From positions 96,338 through 160,337 of the forward strand of contig CAJJXG010000001.1 of the NCBI GenBank assembly GCA_905197045.1: a stretch of 64,000 bases of DNA. The letters are read 5' to 3'. Source of the DNA: an uncultured Bacillales bacterium. GTDB lineage: Bacteria > Bacillota_I > Bacilli_A > RFN20 > CAG-826. Each line of letters opens with the position of its first letter. The stretch's first letter is position 1. The notes beneath the pieces were generated by a model. It saw only the letters and a program-made list of their open reading frames with translations, did no database searches and was not told the DNA's origin. Positions 38,166 to 47,889 of this stretch are shown here, one piece after another. The position numbers were made by a program, and so were the translations under genes.

Positions 38166-40193
38166 TTACCTCCCTTTTTCACGAGATTTCCTTGCAGAAT
38201 CAGCATTTTCTAATATTGTTTCTGTTAAAAGGTCTTCTACTTCTTTCATTGTTTTATTTTTAATTTGAGCAGCTGCCATTGCAAAATGGCCTCCTCCTCC
38301 TAATTTTTCACAAAGAATTTGAACATTTACAGTTCCATCACTTCTTCCACTAATATGAATTACATCATCATTAATTCGGGCAAAAGCAAAAGCGGCATTT
38401 ATTCCATTTAATTGAATACAACCATTTGCAGCTTTTGCAATAGTTGTTGAATCATATGTTTCGTCTTCTTTACCTTGGCAAATAACAATACCATAAGAAA
38501 CAGTTTTTAAATTATTAAGGAAAGAATTAACAGTAACAAATTCTTTGTATTCATCTTTTAAATAATTGTCAGCCGCACCATTATCAGCACCACATTCTTT
38601 TAAAATTGAAGATGCTTCAAATGTTCTTGCTCCAACAGTCTTTGTTTTGTAAAAATTCGTATCAACGAAGATTCCAGCAAGCATAATGGTAGCAATTTTT
38701 GGGCTAAACTTGATTGTTTGTTTTTCGCTATTGTATTTTGAAATTTCAACAATAAGTTCTGAGGCGCTTGATGCGCTTGTTTCGATAAGATAGATAACAG
38801 GTTTTTCAATAAAGTCTTCTGCTCTTCTATGGTGATCGATTATACAAACTTTCTCAGTTTTTTCTAATAATTCAGGACACAAAGTCATTTTTGGTCGAGA
38901 AACATCACACACAATTACAAGCGTCGTATTTTTTACAACTTTTAAAGCTTCTGCGCCAGTTATAAAAGTATTTTTAAATTCTTCAGAAGTAAATTGCCCT
39001 TTTAAAACGATGCTAGTTTTCTTTTCTATTGATTGGAAATCATAAATAACACGAGCTTTTTTATCACAATAATCACATAATTCTTTGACGCCTAAGCAAC
39101 TTCCAAGGGAATCCATGTCACTATTTTTGTGACCCATAATGATAACGTCACTACTTTTTCTAATAAGATTTAATAGTGAATTAGCAAAAACCCTAATCTT
39201 AACTTTAGAAGTATTCTCTTGCGCTTCGGTTTTTCCGCCATAATACTCAATTTCACTTCCAAACTTTTGCACTACCGCTTGGTCTCCTCCTCTAGACATT
39301 GCAATTTCAATTGCTGTTGATGCCATTTCGTTAAGTTTATTAACATCAGGGAAATCATGAGCAAAGCCAATTGATAAAGTAGGTGTAACGCTTGTTTTGT
39401 CCTCTTCGCCGATTTGTCTAACTTTATCTAAAATAGAAAACTTATCTTTTTTTACTGCTTCTAAATCTTGATAGTTACAAACAATAAAATATGAATCATT
39501 TCTAACAGATCTTAATAAAAGACGATATTTATTTGCGTATTTGTTAATTTCAAGTTTTACTTTCGCAATTAAATCGGTATTTGATTCGGTTGTAGCTGTT
39601 ACATCATTATAGTTATCAATATTCATGATACCTATACATGTTGCTTGATTAACAAAACTTTTTCTTAAATCTTCATATTCAGAAACGTCTTTAAAAATAA
39701 ATAACCCTGCATTTCTCAAGAATTTTACAGAATATGCGATACCATTAAGATTAATATTAATAACATTACCAACATCTTTATCTAGTAAATTTTTAAGTTG
39801 AGGACACCAATCATAAATAGATTCGTCTATTACGTTCTCTTGTCTTTGAAGAAGTAAATCGCTCTCCCATAAAACCGTGCCTGTTTCATCAACAATCATA
39901 AAACCAAGGTTGCCAAATAAATAGGCTTCTTCGATTCCACTTCCAATTGCATCACCTGTTGTTATATCTCTTTTTTGTCTATTGTTTAAAATACCAAAAA
40001 TAATTCTCCATATATAAAAACAATCAGCAATCGCTAAAAAAGAGAATATATAGGCCATCGTTTCAGGAAGAATGACGCTATCCATATTCCGCGTATCAAA
40101 AAGGTATAAAGTTAAAAATACACCAACAAATGCTAGCTGTAATAATGTAACAATAAGAACCTCTATTTTTAATCGTTTAATCTTCTTTTGCAT
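38166..40193 (-). CDS. gdpP: c-di-AMP phosphodiesterase GdpP (TM - PAS - degenerate GGDEF - DHH/DHHA1)
   Basis: 675 aa. Two N-terminal TM helices, DHH motif (VDHHR) and DHHA1 GGGH (LGGGGHFAMAAAQ). Conserved position upstream of rplI-dnaB. Confidence 0.85.
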   Translation of the reverse strand: MQKKIKRLKIEVLIVTLLQLAFVGVFLTLYLFDTRNMDSVILPETMAYIFSFLAIADCFYIWRIIFGILNNRQKRDITTGDAIGSGIEEAYLFGNLGFMIVDETGTVLWESDLLLQRQENVIDESIYDWCPQLKNLLDKDVGNVININLNGIAYSVKFLRNAGLFIFKDVSEYEDLRKSFVNQATCIGIMNIDNYNDVTATTESNTDLIAKVKLEINKYANKYRLLLRSVRNDSYFIVCNYQDLEAVKKDKFSILDKVRQIGEEDKTSVTPTLSIGFAHDFPDVNKLNEMASTAIEIAMSRGGDQAVVQKFGSEIEYYGGKTEAQENTSKVKIRVFANSLLNLIRKSSDVIIMGHKNSDMDSLGSCLGVKELCDYCDKKARVIYDFQSIEKKTSIVLKGQFTSEEFKNTFITGAEALKVVKNTTLVIVCDVSRPKMTLCPELLEKTEKVCIIDHHRRAEDFIEKPVIYLIETSASSASELIVEISKYNSEKQTIKFSPKIATIMLAGIFVDTNFYKTKTVGARTFEASSILKECGADNGAADNYLKDEYKEFVTVNSFLNNLKTVSYGIVICQGKEDETYDSTTIAKAANGCIQLNGINAAFAFARINDDVIHISGRSDGTVNVQILCEKLGGGGHFAMAAAQIKNKTMKEVEDLLTETILENADSARKSREKGR

Positions 40194-40280
40194 ACTAAAA
40201 ACCTAGCCATATTATACCTTAAAAAGATGTATTTAAAAATACTATGAGTAGGCTATATTTATTTTTAAAGAATAATCTTT

Positions 40281-40308
40281 AAAAATAAAAAGGCGACTTA
40301 ATCGCCTT
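40281..40308 (-). terminator. rho-independent terminator after rpsR
   Basis: Minus strand: AAGGCGA uuaag UCGCCUU followed by UUUUUAUUUUU. Confidence 0.7.
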
Positions 40309-40328
40309 CATTTGATTTTAATTCTTAA

Positions 40329-40559
40329 TTAGTCTTGAATATATGGTAATAAGGCCATATAACGAGCATTTTTAATAGCTCTTGCAAGTTGTCTTTGATA
40401 CTTTGCACTTGTACCAGTAATTCTTCTTGCACTAATTTTTCCACTAGGACTAATAAATTTCTTTAAAAGTTCAACATCTTTATAATCGATGTATTTGATC
40501 TTATTTTTTGTAAAATAACAAACCTTTTTCTTTGGTTTCTTCTTTAAAAAATTTGCCAT
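40329..40559 (-). CDS. rpsR: 30S ribosomal protein S18
   Basis: 76 aa. [28 protein letters not shown]. Confidence 0.9.
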   Translation of the reverse strand: MANFLKKKPKKKVCYFTKNKIKYIDYKDVELLKKFISPSGKISARRITGTSAKYQRQLARAIKNARYMALLPYIQD

Positions 40560-40582
40560 TCTTAATCTTCCTTTCTATTTAC

Positions 40583-41029
40583 CTAAAATGGTAAATCATC
40601 ATCTGCTAAATCTCCGTCACCATTAGCCATCATATCATCCATTGGTTCTTCATCTTGAACGTATCCTTGGCTTTGTGGTTCAGGTTGTGAGTTATATGAT
40701 GATTGGCCGCCTTTACTTCCTAAAAGTGCAACCTCACTTACAACGACTTCGATTACGCTAGCATTAGTGCCATCTCTTCTTTGGAATTTTCTTTCTTGTA
40801 AAGATCCATCTATTCCAATTTGAGAACCTTTGTGACAATACCTAGCAATAATGTCGGCGCTATTTCTCCAAGCAGTACAATTAATGAAACTGCTTCCGCG
40901 TGTTCCATCTGCATTTTTGTTTTTGTTATCAAATGCTAATGTGAAACTTAATACATTTACGCCGCTTGCGGTAGTTCTAAGTTCAGGTTCTTTAGTAATT
41001 CTACCAACCAAAATAACTCTGTTAATCAT
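40583..41029 (-). CDS. ssb: single-stranded DNA-binding protein
   Basis: 148 aa. OB fold (MINRVILVGRITKEPELR) and acidic C-terminal tip DDDLPF. Confidence 0.9.
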   Translation of the reverse strand: MINRVILVGRITKEPELRTTASGVNVLSFTLAFDNKNKNADGTRGSSFINCTAWRNSADIIARYCHKGSQIGIDGSLQERKFQRRDGTNASVIEVVVSEVALLGSKGGQSSYNSQPEPQSQGYVQDEEPMDDMMANGDGDLADDDLPF

Positions 41030-41043
41030 GTCTATCTCCTTAA

Positions 41044-41331
41044 CTATTGATGATCGACTGTAACTAATGTTCTTAAAACATTGTTGTCGAATCTTGTGAT
41101 ACGATCAAATTCGTTAAGAGCGACATTATCAGCTTCGATTTTGACGACGACATAATATCCTTTGATTTCTTTTTTGATAGGATATGCTAATTCGCGAAGT
41201 CCCCATTCGTTAACGTCGCTAATTTTACCACCGTTTGAAGTGATAGCTCCGTGTAACTTTTCAACTTCTGCTTTTCTAGCAGCATCATCAAGGCTGGCTT
41301 TAAGAATGTACATAATTTCGTACTTTTTCAT
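41044..41331 (-). CDS. rpsF: 30S ribosomal protein S6
   Basis: 95 aa. MKKYEIMYIL.. typical S6. rpsF-ssb-rpsR order. Confidence 0.9.
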   Translation of the reverse strand: MKKYEIMYILKASLDDAARKAEVEKLHGAITSNGGKISDVNEWGLRELAYPIKKEIKGYYVVVKIEADNVALNEFDRITRFDNNVLRTLVTVDHQ

Positions 41332-41400
41332 TTACCTTACCTCCCTCTGGACATCTGGCTCTAATCTAATCAAGTTAGAGCAGAGAAGCACTTAAAGTGC
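41332..41400 (-). promoter_or_regulatory. structured rpsF 5' leader (two hairpins, the second overlapping the SD), resembling the S6:S18 autoregulatory leader
   Basis: Minus strand: GGCACUUUAAGUGCUU hairpin, then CUCUG-GCUCUAA..UUAGAGC-CCAGAGGGAGG nested stem ending in the SD. A TATAAT at 41407-41412 (minus) lies just upstream. Confidence 0.4.
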
Positions 41401-41463
41401 CTTTGTATTATATACAAAGCGTCCAATAAAGTAAAGAAAAAGCGGAATTCTTCTTAACAAAAA

Positions 41464-41498
41464 AGACCTCTCAATAATACAACTACTATCAGAGGCCT
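41464..41498 (-). terminator. rho-independent terminator after lysS
   Basis: Minus-strand RNA AGGCCUCU-(19 nt)-AGAGGUCU, an 8-bp stem including one G-U, followed by UUUUUUG. Confidence 0.55.
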
Positions 41499-41521
41499 AA
41501 ATTTTAAAAATATTTTTAAAG

Positions 41522-43027
41522 TTATTTGACTTTCTTTTCTACTGGTTTTTCATCTCTCATGCAAGGGAATAAAATAACTTCTCTTATGCTTGCTTGATTT
41601 AATAAAAGCATACAAAGTCTATCAAAACCAATTCCGATTCCACCAGTTGGTGGCATTCCATATTCAAGAGCCTCAATGAAGTCGTTATCCATTTCATTAG
41701 CTTCATCATCTCCTAACTCTTTTGCTTTAAGTTGAGCAATAAATCTTTCTTTTTGATCAATTGGATCATTAAGTTCACTATAAGCATTTGCATATTCTGT
41801 TCCATTAATATAAAGTTCAAATCTTTCAGTAAAACGAGGATCTGCAGACTTTTTAGTTAAAGGAGATATTTCTATTGGATGTCCGTATACGAAAGTTGGT
41901 TGAATCAAATCTTTTTCACAGAACTCTTCAAATAAGGCATTTAATATATAGCCATTACTTGTCCAATGTGGTTCAACTTTAATACCATGTTCTTTAGCAT
42001 AAGCAACTGCGTCTTCAAATTTAATGTCACCCGTAAAATCTAAACCGGTTTTTTCTTTAACAAGCTCAGCCATTGAAACCCATCTAAATTCTGGTCCAAA
42101 ATCAATCTCAAGACCTTGATAGTCAATTTTTGTAGTATGTAAAACTTCTTCACAAGCGTTTCTTATAACACCTTCACAAAGTTTTCTCATGCTTTCTAAA
42201 TCACCAAAAGCTTCATAAAGTTCAACGGTTGTAAATTCAGGATTATGTTTAGTATCCATTCCTTCGTTTCTAAATAAACGACCAAATTCATAAACTTTTT
42301 CAAGACCGCCAACAATAAGTCTTTTAAGTTGTAACTCGGTAGCGATTCTTAAATAAAAATCTTTATTAAGCGTATTGTGATGAGTAATGAAAGGTCTAGC
42401 ATTTGCTCCACCAAGAATTGGTTGTAAAACGCTAGTTTCAACTTCGACAAAGCCATTTTTATCAAAATATCTTTGCATACTTCTTAAAATTTGAGGTCTT
42501 AAAAGAGCAATGCGCTTAGCTTCTTGATTCATAATTAAATCAACATATCTATGCCTGCATCTTTCTTCAACATCGGTTAAGCCGTGGAATTTTTCAGGTA
42601 ATGGTCTTAAAGATTTAGTTAAAAAAGTAAATTTCTCAGCTTTAATTGTAAGTTCGCCAGTTCTTGTTAACATTAACTTGCCATAAATACCTACAATATC
42701 GCCAATATCACAAATTTTAAAAATGTTATAGGTTTCTTCACCGACAGTATCAATTGAAATATAAACTTGAATTTTTCCAAATTTATCTTGAATGCTAACA
42801 AAAGATGCTTTCCCCATCTTTCTTAAAAACATTATTCTTCCGGCAACATCAACATGAATTGGGTTTTGCTCTAATTCTTCATTTGTTTTTCCGTTTGCTT
42901 TTTCTCTACATGTTTCGCTTGTATCTGTTCTTGGATAAGCTTCACCCCATGGGTTAACACCTAATTCTTCAAGTTTTGCAAGCTTATCTCTTCTAGCTCT
43001 TTCTTGATCTGTTAACTTTTCTTCCAT
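41522..43027 (-). CDS. lysS: lysyl-tRNA synthetase (class II)
   Basis: 501 aa. N-terminal OB anticodon-binding domain. Class II motifs 2 and 3 (..FRNEG.., GGIGIGFDRL). Confidence 0.95.
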   Translation of the reverse strand: MEEKLTDQERARRDKLAKLEELGVNPWGEAYPRTDTSETCREKANGKTNEELEQNPIHVDVAGRIMFLRKMGKASFVSIQDKFGKIQVYISIDTVGEETYNIFKICDIGDIVGIYGKLMLTRTGELTIKAEKFTFLTKSLRPLPEKFHGLTDVEERCRHRYVDLIMNQEAKRIALLRPQILRSMQRYFDKNGFVEVETSVLQPILGGANARPFITHHNTLNKDFYLRIATELQLKRLIVGGLEKVYEFGRLFRNEGMDTKHNPEFTTVELYEAFGDLESMRKLCEGVIRNACEEVLHTTKIDYQGLEIDFGPEFRWVSMAELVKEKTGLDFTGDIKFEDAVAYAKEHGIKVEPHWTSNGYILNALFEEFCEKDLIQPTFVYGHPIEISPLTKKSADPRFTERFELYINGTEYANAYSELNDPIDQKERFIAQLKAKELGDDEANEMDNDFIEALEYGMPPTGGIGIGFDRLCMLLLNQASIREVILFPCMRDEKPVEKKVK

Positions 43028-43081
43028 ATATATCTCCTAATCGGCTGTATTATACAAAAATTCAGCCTATTTTTCATTAAA

Positions 43082-44071
43082 TTAAAGTTTTAATAAATTT
43101 TCTATTTTATAGTTTTCTATTATCTCTTTTGTTTTAGACAAAGAGTTAATGTCTCTTGATAAACTACTTCTTAAATTTTTGACGTTTGGTAAATCAAGAT
43201 TTAAGAAAAATTTTGGAGCAATACCTTTTAATATTGAAAAAGCCGCTTTTTCTCCTTTTTCCTTTATAAGTAAATCTATAAAACGATAAAGATATTCTGC
43301 TTGTCGATTAAAATCTGTTTCTATAAAATCATTTTTACCTTCTAGGGCGCGATTGATGTTTTCTATTAATAGTGGGTTGCCTATCCCACCTCTTGCCACC
43401 ATTACAGCGTTTGCTCTTGTAATTTTTAAAGCGTTTAAAGCGTCTTCCACAGTATAAATGTTCCCGCTTACGCAAAAAGGTATTTTTATTTCATCGCGTA
43501 TATTTTTCAATAAATCAAAATGTGGTTTTCCCAAGTAAAGCTCTTTTTTCGTCCTAGCATGTATAGCTAAAAATGATATTCCGGCTTTTTCAAGTAAAGG
43601 AGCAATTTCATCAACGTTTACATCATCATAACCAAGTCTAATTTTAGCACTAACTGGCTTTTCGCTTTTTCTCACTACTGCTTGAACCATATCAAAAAGT
43701 TCTTCTTTACGGGTTAGCCATTTACTTCCTGAATTGTTTTTAGTTACTTTAGGAACCGGACAAGCCAAATTTAAATCTAATATGTCGTAATTTATATTGA
43801 GCTCTTTTAAAACATCCATCGATTTTAAAATCGTTTCTTTGCTTCCGCCAAATAGTTGAACGGCAAGTGGACGATCGCTGCCGTCCGTATACAACATATC
43901 GAAAGTTTTTTTGTTATGATAAATAAGCGCAAAATCACTAATCATCTCTGTATAAGTAAGCCCAGGATGAAACTCGTTCATAAATTTCCTATAAGAAAAA
44001 GAAGTTATTCCTGCCATTGGAGCAAGAATAACATTCTTTTTTATTTCAATGTCTTTGATAAAAAAACTCAT
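43082..44071 (-). CDS. dusB: tRNA-dihydrouridine synthase
   Basis: 329 aa. TIM-barrel Dus motifs (ILAPMAGITS.., NLACP, catalytic Cys). Sits upstream of lysS as in Bacillus. Confidence 0.85.
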   Translation of the reverse strand: MSFFIKDIEIKKNVILAPMAGITSFSYRKFMNEFHPGLTYTEMISDFALIYHNKKTFDMLYTDGSDRPLAVQLFGGSKETILKSMDVLKELNINYDILDLNLACPVPKVTKNNSGSKWLTRKEELFDMVQAVVRKSEKPVSAKIRLGYDDVNVDEIAPLLEKAGISFLAIHARTKKELYLGKPHFDLLKNIRDEIKIPFCVSGNIYTVEDALNALKITRANAVMVARGGIGNPLLIENINRALEGKNDFIETDFNRQAEYLYRFIDLLIKEKGEKAAFSILKGIAPKFFLNLDLPNVKNLRSSLSRDINSLSKTKEIIENYKIENLLKL

Positions 44072-44080
44072 TAATCTAAA

Positions 44081-46273
44081 CTATTCTTTTGTTTTTTCTT
44101 CGTTATCTTGAATTTTAGCTTCTTCCTTTTCGTCATCCTTTGTTACGGCTTTTTCAGTAGTTTTGTTTTCCTCTTTCACTTCGCTATTTTGGCTTCCAGC
44201 TTTAACTTCTTCGTTTGCTTTTTCTTCTTTTTCAGCATTATTTAAAATGTGGAAACTTGCTTCATGAGCAGCTTGTGATTGAGTAACTGTTTCTTTTGGA
44301 AGTTCTCTATGTTCAAGCAAGTAAGAAATTTCTTCCTCACTAATTGTTTCGTGAGTAAGAAGAGTTTCTGCAATTAAGATTACATCATCTTTTCTTTCTT
44401 GAATTATTCTTAAAGCTTCGGCATGAGCTCTTTCAACAATCTTTCTAACTTCTTTATCAATTTCATCTGCTACAGCAACAGAGAAATTCTTTTGGGCATT
44501 GGTATAATCTCTACCTAAGAAGACGCTTCCGGTATTCTTTTCATATTGAATAGGACCAAGTGAAGACATACCATACTCGACTACCATGCTACGAGCAATT
44601 TGTGTTGCTCTTTCAATATCATTGCTTGCACCAGTTGAAACGTCTTTAAAGAAAATTTCTTCGCTACTTCTACCACCAAGAAGACCAGCAATTTCTGCTT
44701 CAAGTTCGCTCTTGGTAAGTAAGAATCTATCATCTTCAGGCCCCATAAGGACGTGACCGCCAGTTTGACCACGTGGAATAATTGTAATTTTTCTAACTTT
44801 ATCAGCATTTGGTAAAGTTAAACCAATAATTGCGTGTCCAGCTTCGTGATAAGCTACTTGTCTTCTTTCTTTTTCATTCATTCCTTTATTGGATTTTGCA
44901 GGTCCAGCAATACGTCTATCAATAGCTTCATCAATATCAGCCATTGAAATCACTTCTCTATTTCCTCTAACAGCAAGAATTGCAGCTTCGTTTAAGATAT
45001 TAGCAATATCTGCACCACTAAATCCGACTGTACGTTTCGCAAGTTGCCCAAAGTCAATGCTTGGATCAATCTTTTTATTTCTAGCATGAACCTTAAAGAT
45101 AGCTTCTCTTCCTTCTTTATTTGGAAGATTAACAGTAATTTGTCTATCAAAACGTCCAGCTCTAAGTAATGCAGGGTCTAAAACGTCGGCTCTATTAGTT
45201 GCAGCAATTACGATGATTCCAGAATTCTCTTCAAAACCATCTAACTCAACAAGTAATTGGTTAAGTGTTTGTTCTCTTTCATCGTTACCACCACCTAAGC
45301 CAGCTCCTCTTTGTCTACCGACGGCATCAATTTCATCAATAAAAATAACACAAGGAGCATTTTGCTTTGCAGTTTTAAAAAGATCTCTAACTCTTCCAGC
45401 ACCAGCACCAACAAACATTTCAACAAAGTCGGAACCTGAAATTGAAAAGAAAGGAACGCCAACTTCACCAGCTACTGCTTTAGCAAGTAATGTTTTACCA
45501 GTACCTGGAGGGCCAACAAGCAAGAAACCTTTTGGCAATTTAGCACCACATCTTGTATATTTTTTAGGATTTTTCAAATAATCGACGAGTTCCATCATTT
45601 CGGCTTTTTCTTCATCACAGCCAGCAACATCTTTAAATCTTACTTTACTATCATCAATTCTTCTGGCCTTAGATTTACTAAAATCAAGTGCGGATTGATT
45701 GCCGCCTGCACTAGCAGAAAGCATTTTAAAGAAGAAAATACCAATAATAATGATAATTGCAATATAAAGAATAGTAGGTAACCAAGACCAAATTGGGTTT
45801 TCTCTATAAACTGTAGTGTTATAACCTGTATATCCTTGTTCAGACAAAACTTTGTAATTTGTTTTGCTGCTATTCACTTCTGAACATAACTTATCAAATA
45901 ATGTTGGTGCAGCTTCGTTTGCATCACCAACTGTGTATCCAAAATTTGAATTGTAGAAAGGATCTGTTAAAACTGTTGTTGTAATATAAGAAAATTGATA
46001 CCCATTAAGATTAGATTCATCTGTTGGTAAACTTGATTTTCTTACAAAGGTAATGTTTAAAGTAGTTTCGTTTCCATTTTCAACAGCTTCAAAACTTACG
46101 ATATCATAATCATCTTTGTCATCATAAGCTAAAGATACTGCATTGCTTGTCGCAACAGATGTGTATCTTTGATTCATTTGATTAACAATAAAATAAATTA
46201 AGAAAACGGCAAGAATGAGGATAAAGAAATATATCAAGAAACTAAACCGTTTTGATTTCTTTTTGTCTTTCAT
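44081..46273 (-). CDS. ftsH: ATP-dependent zinc metalloprotease FtsH
   Basis: 730 aa. Two TM helices flanking a periplasmic domain. AAA+ Walker A GPPGTGKT and SRH. HEAGH zinc motif. Long acidic/Lys-rich C-terminal tail. Confidence 0.95.
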   Translation of the reverse strand: MKDKKKSKRFSFLIYFFILILAVFLIYFIVNQMNQRYTSVATSNAVSLAYDDKDDYDIVSFEAVENGNETTLNITFVRKSSLPTDESNLNGYQFSYITTTVLTDPFYNSNFGYTVGDANEAAPTLFDKLCSEVNSSKTNYKVLSEQGYTGYNTTVYRENPIWSWLPTILYIAIIIIIGIFFFKMLSASAGGNQSALDFSKSKARRIDDSKVRFKDVAGCDEEKAEMMELVDYLKNPKKYTRCGAKLPKGFLLVGPPGTGKTLLAKAVAGEVGVPFFSISGSDFVEMFVGAGAGRVRDLFKTAKQNAPCVIFIDEIDAVGRQRGAGLGGGNDEREQTLNQLLVELDGFEENSGIIVIAATNRADVLDPALLRAGRFDRQITVNLPNKEGREAIFKVHARNKKIDPSIDFGQLAKRTVGFSGADIANILNEAAILAVRGNREVISMADIDEAIDRRIAGPAKSNKGMNEKERRQVAYHEAGHAIIGLTLPNADKVRKITIIPRGQTGGHVLMGPEDDRFLLTKSELEAEIAGLLGGRSSEEIFFKDVSTGASNDIERATQIARSMVVEYGMSSLGPIQYEKNTGSVFLGRDYTNAQKNFSVAVADEIDKEVRKIVERAHAEALRIIQERKDDVILIAETLLTHETISEEEISYLLEHRELPKETVTQSQAAHEASFHILNNAEKEEKANEEVKAGSQNSEVKEENKTTEKAVTKDDEKEEAKIQDNEEKTKE

Positions 46274-46418
46274 AATATCTCCTTTTCAGTGACTAAGATT
46301 GCGTTAGTACAAAATATTCTATCTTATTTGCTTTATTACATAAAGCAGCATAACGTATTTAATCTATCTAATTGTAAAATACCTTAACTTTTTTTCAATT
46401 AAATTGATTAATAATTTG

Positions 46419-47648
46419 TCAACACAAGAGTTGACTACATTTAAATGACAATAAACCGTTTTTCTTTACCTTTTTTTGATAGCGAGGAACATATATTAAA
46501 TTCCCGTTTTTATCAAAAATTCCTGGCCGGACCTCTCGCAAATATGAGGGCATTTTCCAATAGGTAAATTCTCGATTAACTTTTAATGTATGGCCTTTAA
46601 CTTTAAATGTTTTTCCTTCTATTGCTGGTTTAATTGTTAACGGGAAAGAATTCAAAATTAAATTAATATTTTCAGCTTCTTTATTTAACCTAAATACCTC
46701 ATTGGCTTCATCAATATTTTCAAAATCATAAGTATATCTTTTTGGTTTTTTAATAATTTGGATGATTCCATAATCGAAGTAAAGAAAATAATCATTATTA
46801 ATTTTCTCTTTATAAGTTGCTGGTCTGTTATTAATCACCGAAAGCAAATTTTCGACTCTTCCTTTTGATATAGGTATAAAAACATCTTTCTTTTTAAGAA
46901 GAGCAATTAGCAAAAGTTGAAACTCTTCAATAGTAATTTCTTTAAATAATTTGTTATAGCAGTTAATAAAATTAGGTATGCCTAGTTTTTTAAATTTAGT
47001 AAAAATACTTAAGTTTTGCAGGTTTTTCGTTTTAATCTCAATCAAAATATTGTTGATTTCATCATCATTAAGTTTTTTAAGATCTTTCCTAATTTTGTTT
47101 CTTTTAAACTTCGAATCAAAGTTAGATGGATCGATAGAAAAAGGAACGTTATTACTTTTACAATATTCCTCAAGCTCATTTTTAGTGATATTTAAAAGCG
47201 GTCTTACAATTTTAACGTCTCCTCTTTTACTGATTTTTTCAAGACCATAATGATAGAAGACTCCTCCTCTTTCCTTTTGTAAAAGATAAGTTTCTATATC
47301 ATCGCCTTTATTATGAGCTACTAATACCTTTTTTATATTTCTTTCTTTAGCTACTTTTTCAAAATAGTTATAACGCACCTCACGAGCCCAAATTTCTTCG
47401 TTTACATTTTTAGGCATATAAGTTTGTAAAACATGAACTTTAATATTATATTTTTCTGCAAACTCTTTTATGCCTCTTTCATCATCGTCGGCTTGCTTTA
47501 AAATATGATAATTCACATGAGCAACTTCAAAAGTAAATCCGTGTTTTAAAAGATAGTAAAAAAGAGCCATGGAATCAGGTCCAAAGCTACAAGTTAATAA
47601 ATACTTTTCTTTTTTAGATAACCTCATTACTTTCTTCAATGATTTCAT
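46419..47648 (-). CDS. tilS: tRNA(Ile)-lysidine synthetase
   Basis: 409 aa. N-terminal PP-loop ATPase domain. The motif reads SFGPDS instead of the canonical SGGxDS. Confidence 0.8.
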   Translation of the reverse strand: MKSLKKVMRLSKKEKYLLTCSFGPDSMALFYYLLKHGFTFEVAHVNYHILKQADDDERGIKEFAEKYNIKVHVLQTYMPKNVNEEIWAREVRYNYFEKVAKERNIKKVLVAHNKGDDIETYLLQKERGGVFYHYGLEKISKRGDVKIVRPLLNITKNELEEYCKSNNVPFSIDPSNFDSKFKRNKIRKDLKKLNDDEINNILIEIKTKNLQNLSIFTKFKKLGIPNFINCYNKLFKEITIEEFQLLLIALLKKKDVFIPISKGRVENLLSVINNRPATYKEKINNDYFLYFDYGIIQIIKKPKRYTYDFENIDEANEVFRLNKEAENINLILNSFPLTIKPAIEGKTFKVKGHTLKVNREFTYWKMPSYLREVRPGIFDKNGNLIYVPRYQKKVKKNGLLSFKCSQLLC

Positions 47649-47889
47649 CCTTTAAAATCTCATATAAATTTCTTGCATCTTCTTTTTTAGCATAACTTGC
47701 TGTTTTTAAAACTTTTACCGTTAATTTATGCCTTCCAAGTTGTAAAGTTAAAATGTCTCCTTCATTTACCTCACTAGATGGTTTAGCAACTTTATCATTA
47801 ATTAGAAAAATCCCTCTATCTAACAACTCTTTTGCAACAGTTCTTCTTTTGATTAATCTTGTTAGTTTTAAATATTTATCAATTCTCAT
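47614..47889 (-). CDS. S4-domain RNA-binding protein (YabO/Hsp15-like)
   Basis: 91 aa. MRIDKYLKLTRLIKRRT.. is an S4 fold. Lies between mfd and tilS as in Bacillus yabO. Confidence 0.75.
   Translation of the reverse strand: MRIDKYLKLTRLIKRRTVAKELLDRGIFLINDKVAKPSSEVNEGDILTLQLGRHKLTVKVLKTASYAKKEDARNLYEILKDEIIEESNEVI

Noticed and set aside
43028-43081. T-box leader upstream of lysS.
   Set aside because: Only 54 nt separate dusB and lysS, too short for a T-box. No specifier/antiterminator pattern seen.
46393-46436. Hairpin TTGTCAAC-acaaga-GTTGAC overlapping the tilS stop codon, containing a perfect TTGACA.
   Set aside because: No U-tract for termination and no -10 at the proper spacing for an ftsH promoter. 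Possibly coincidental or a weak structural element.
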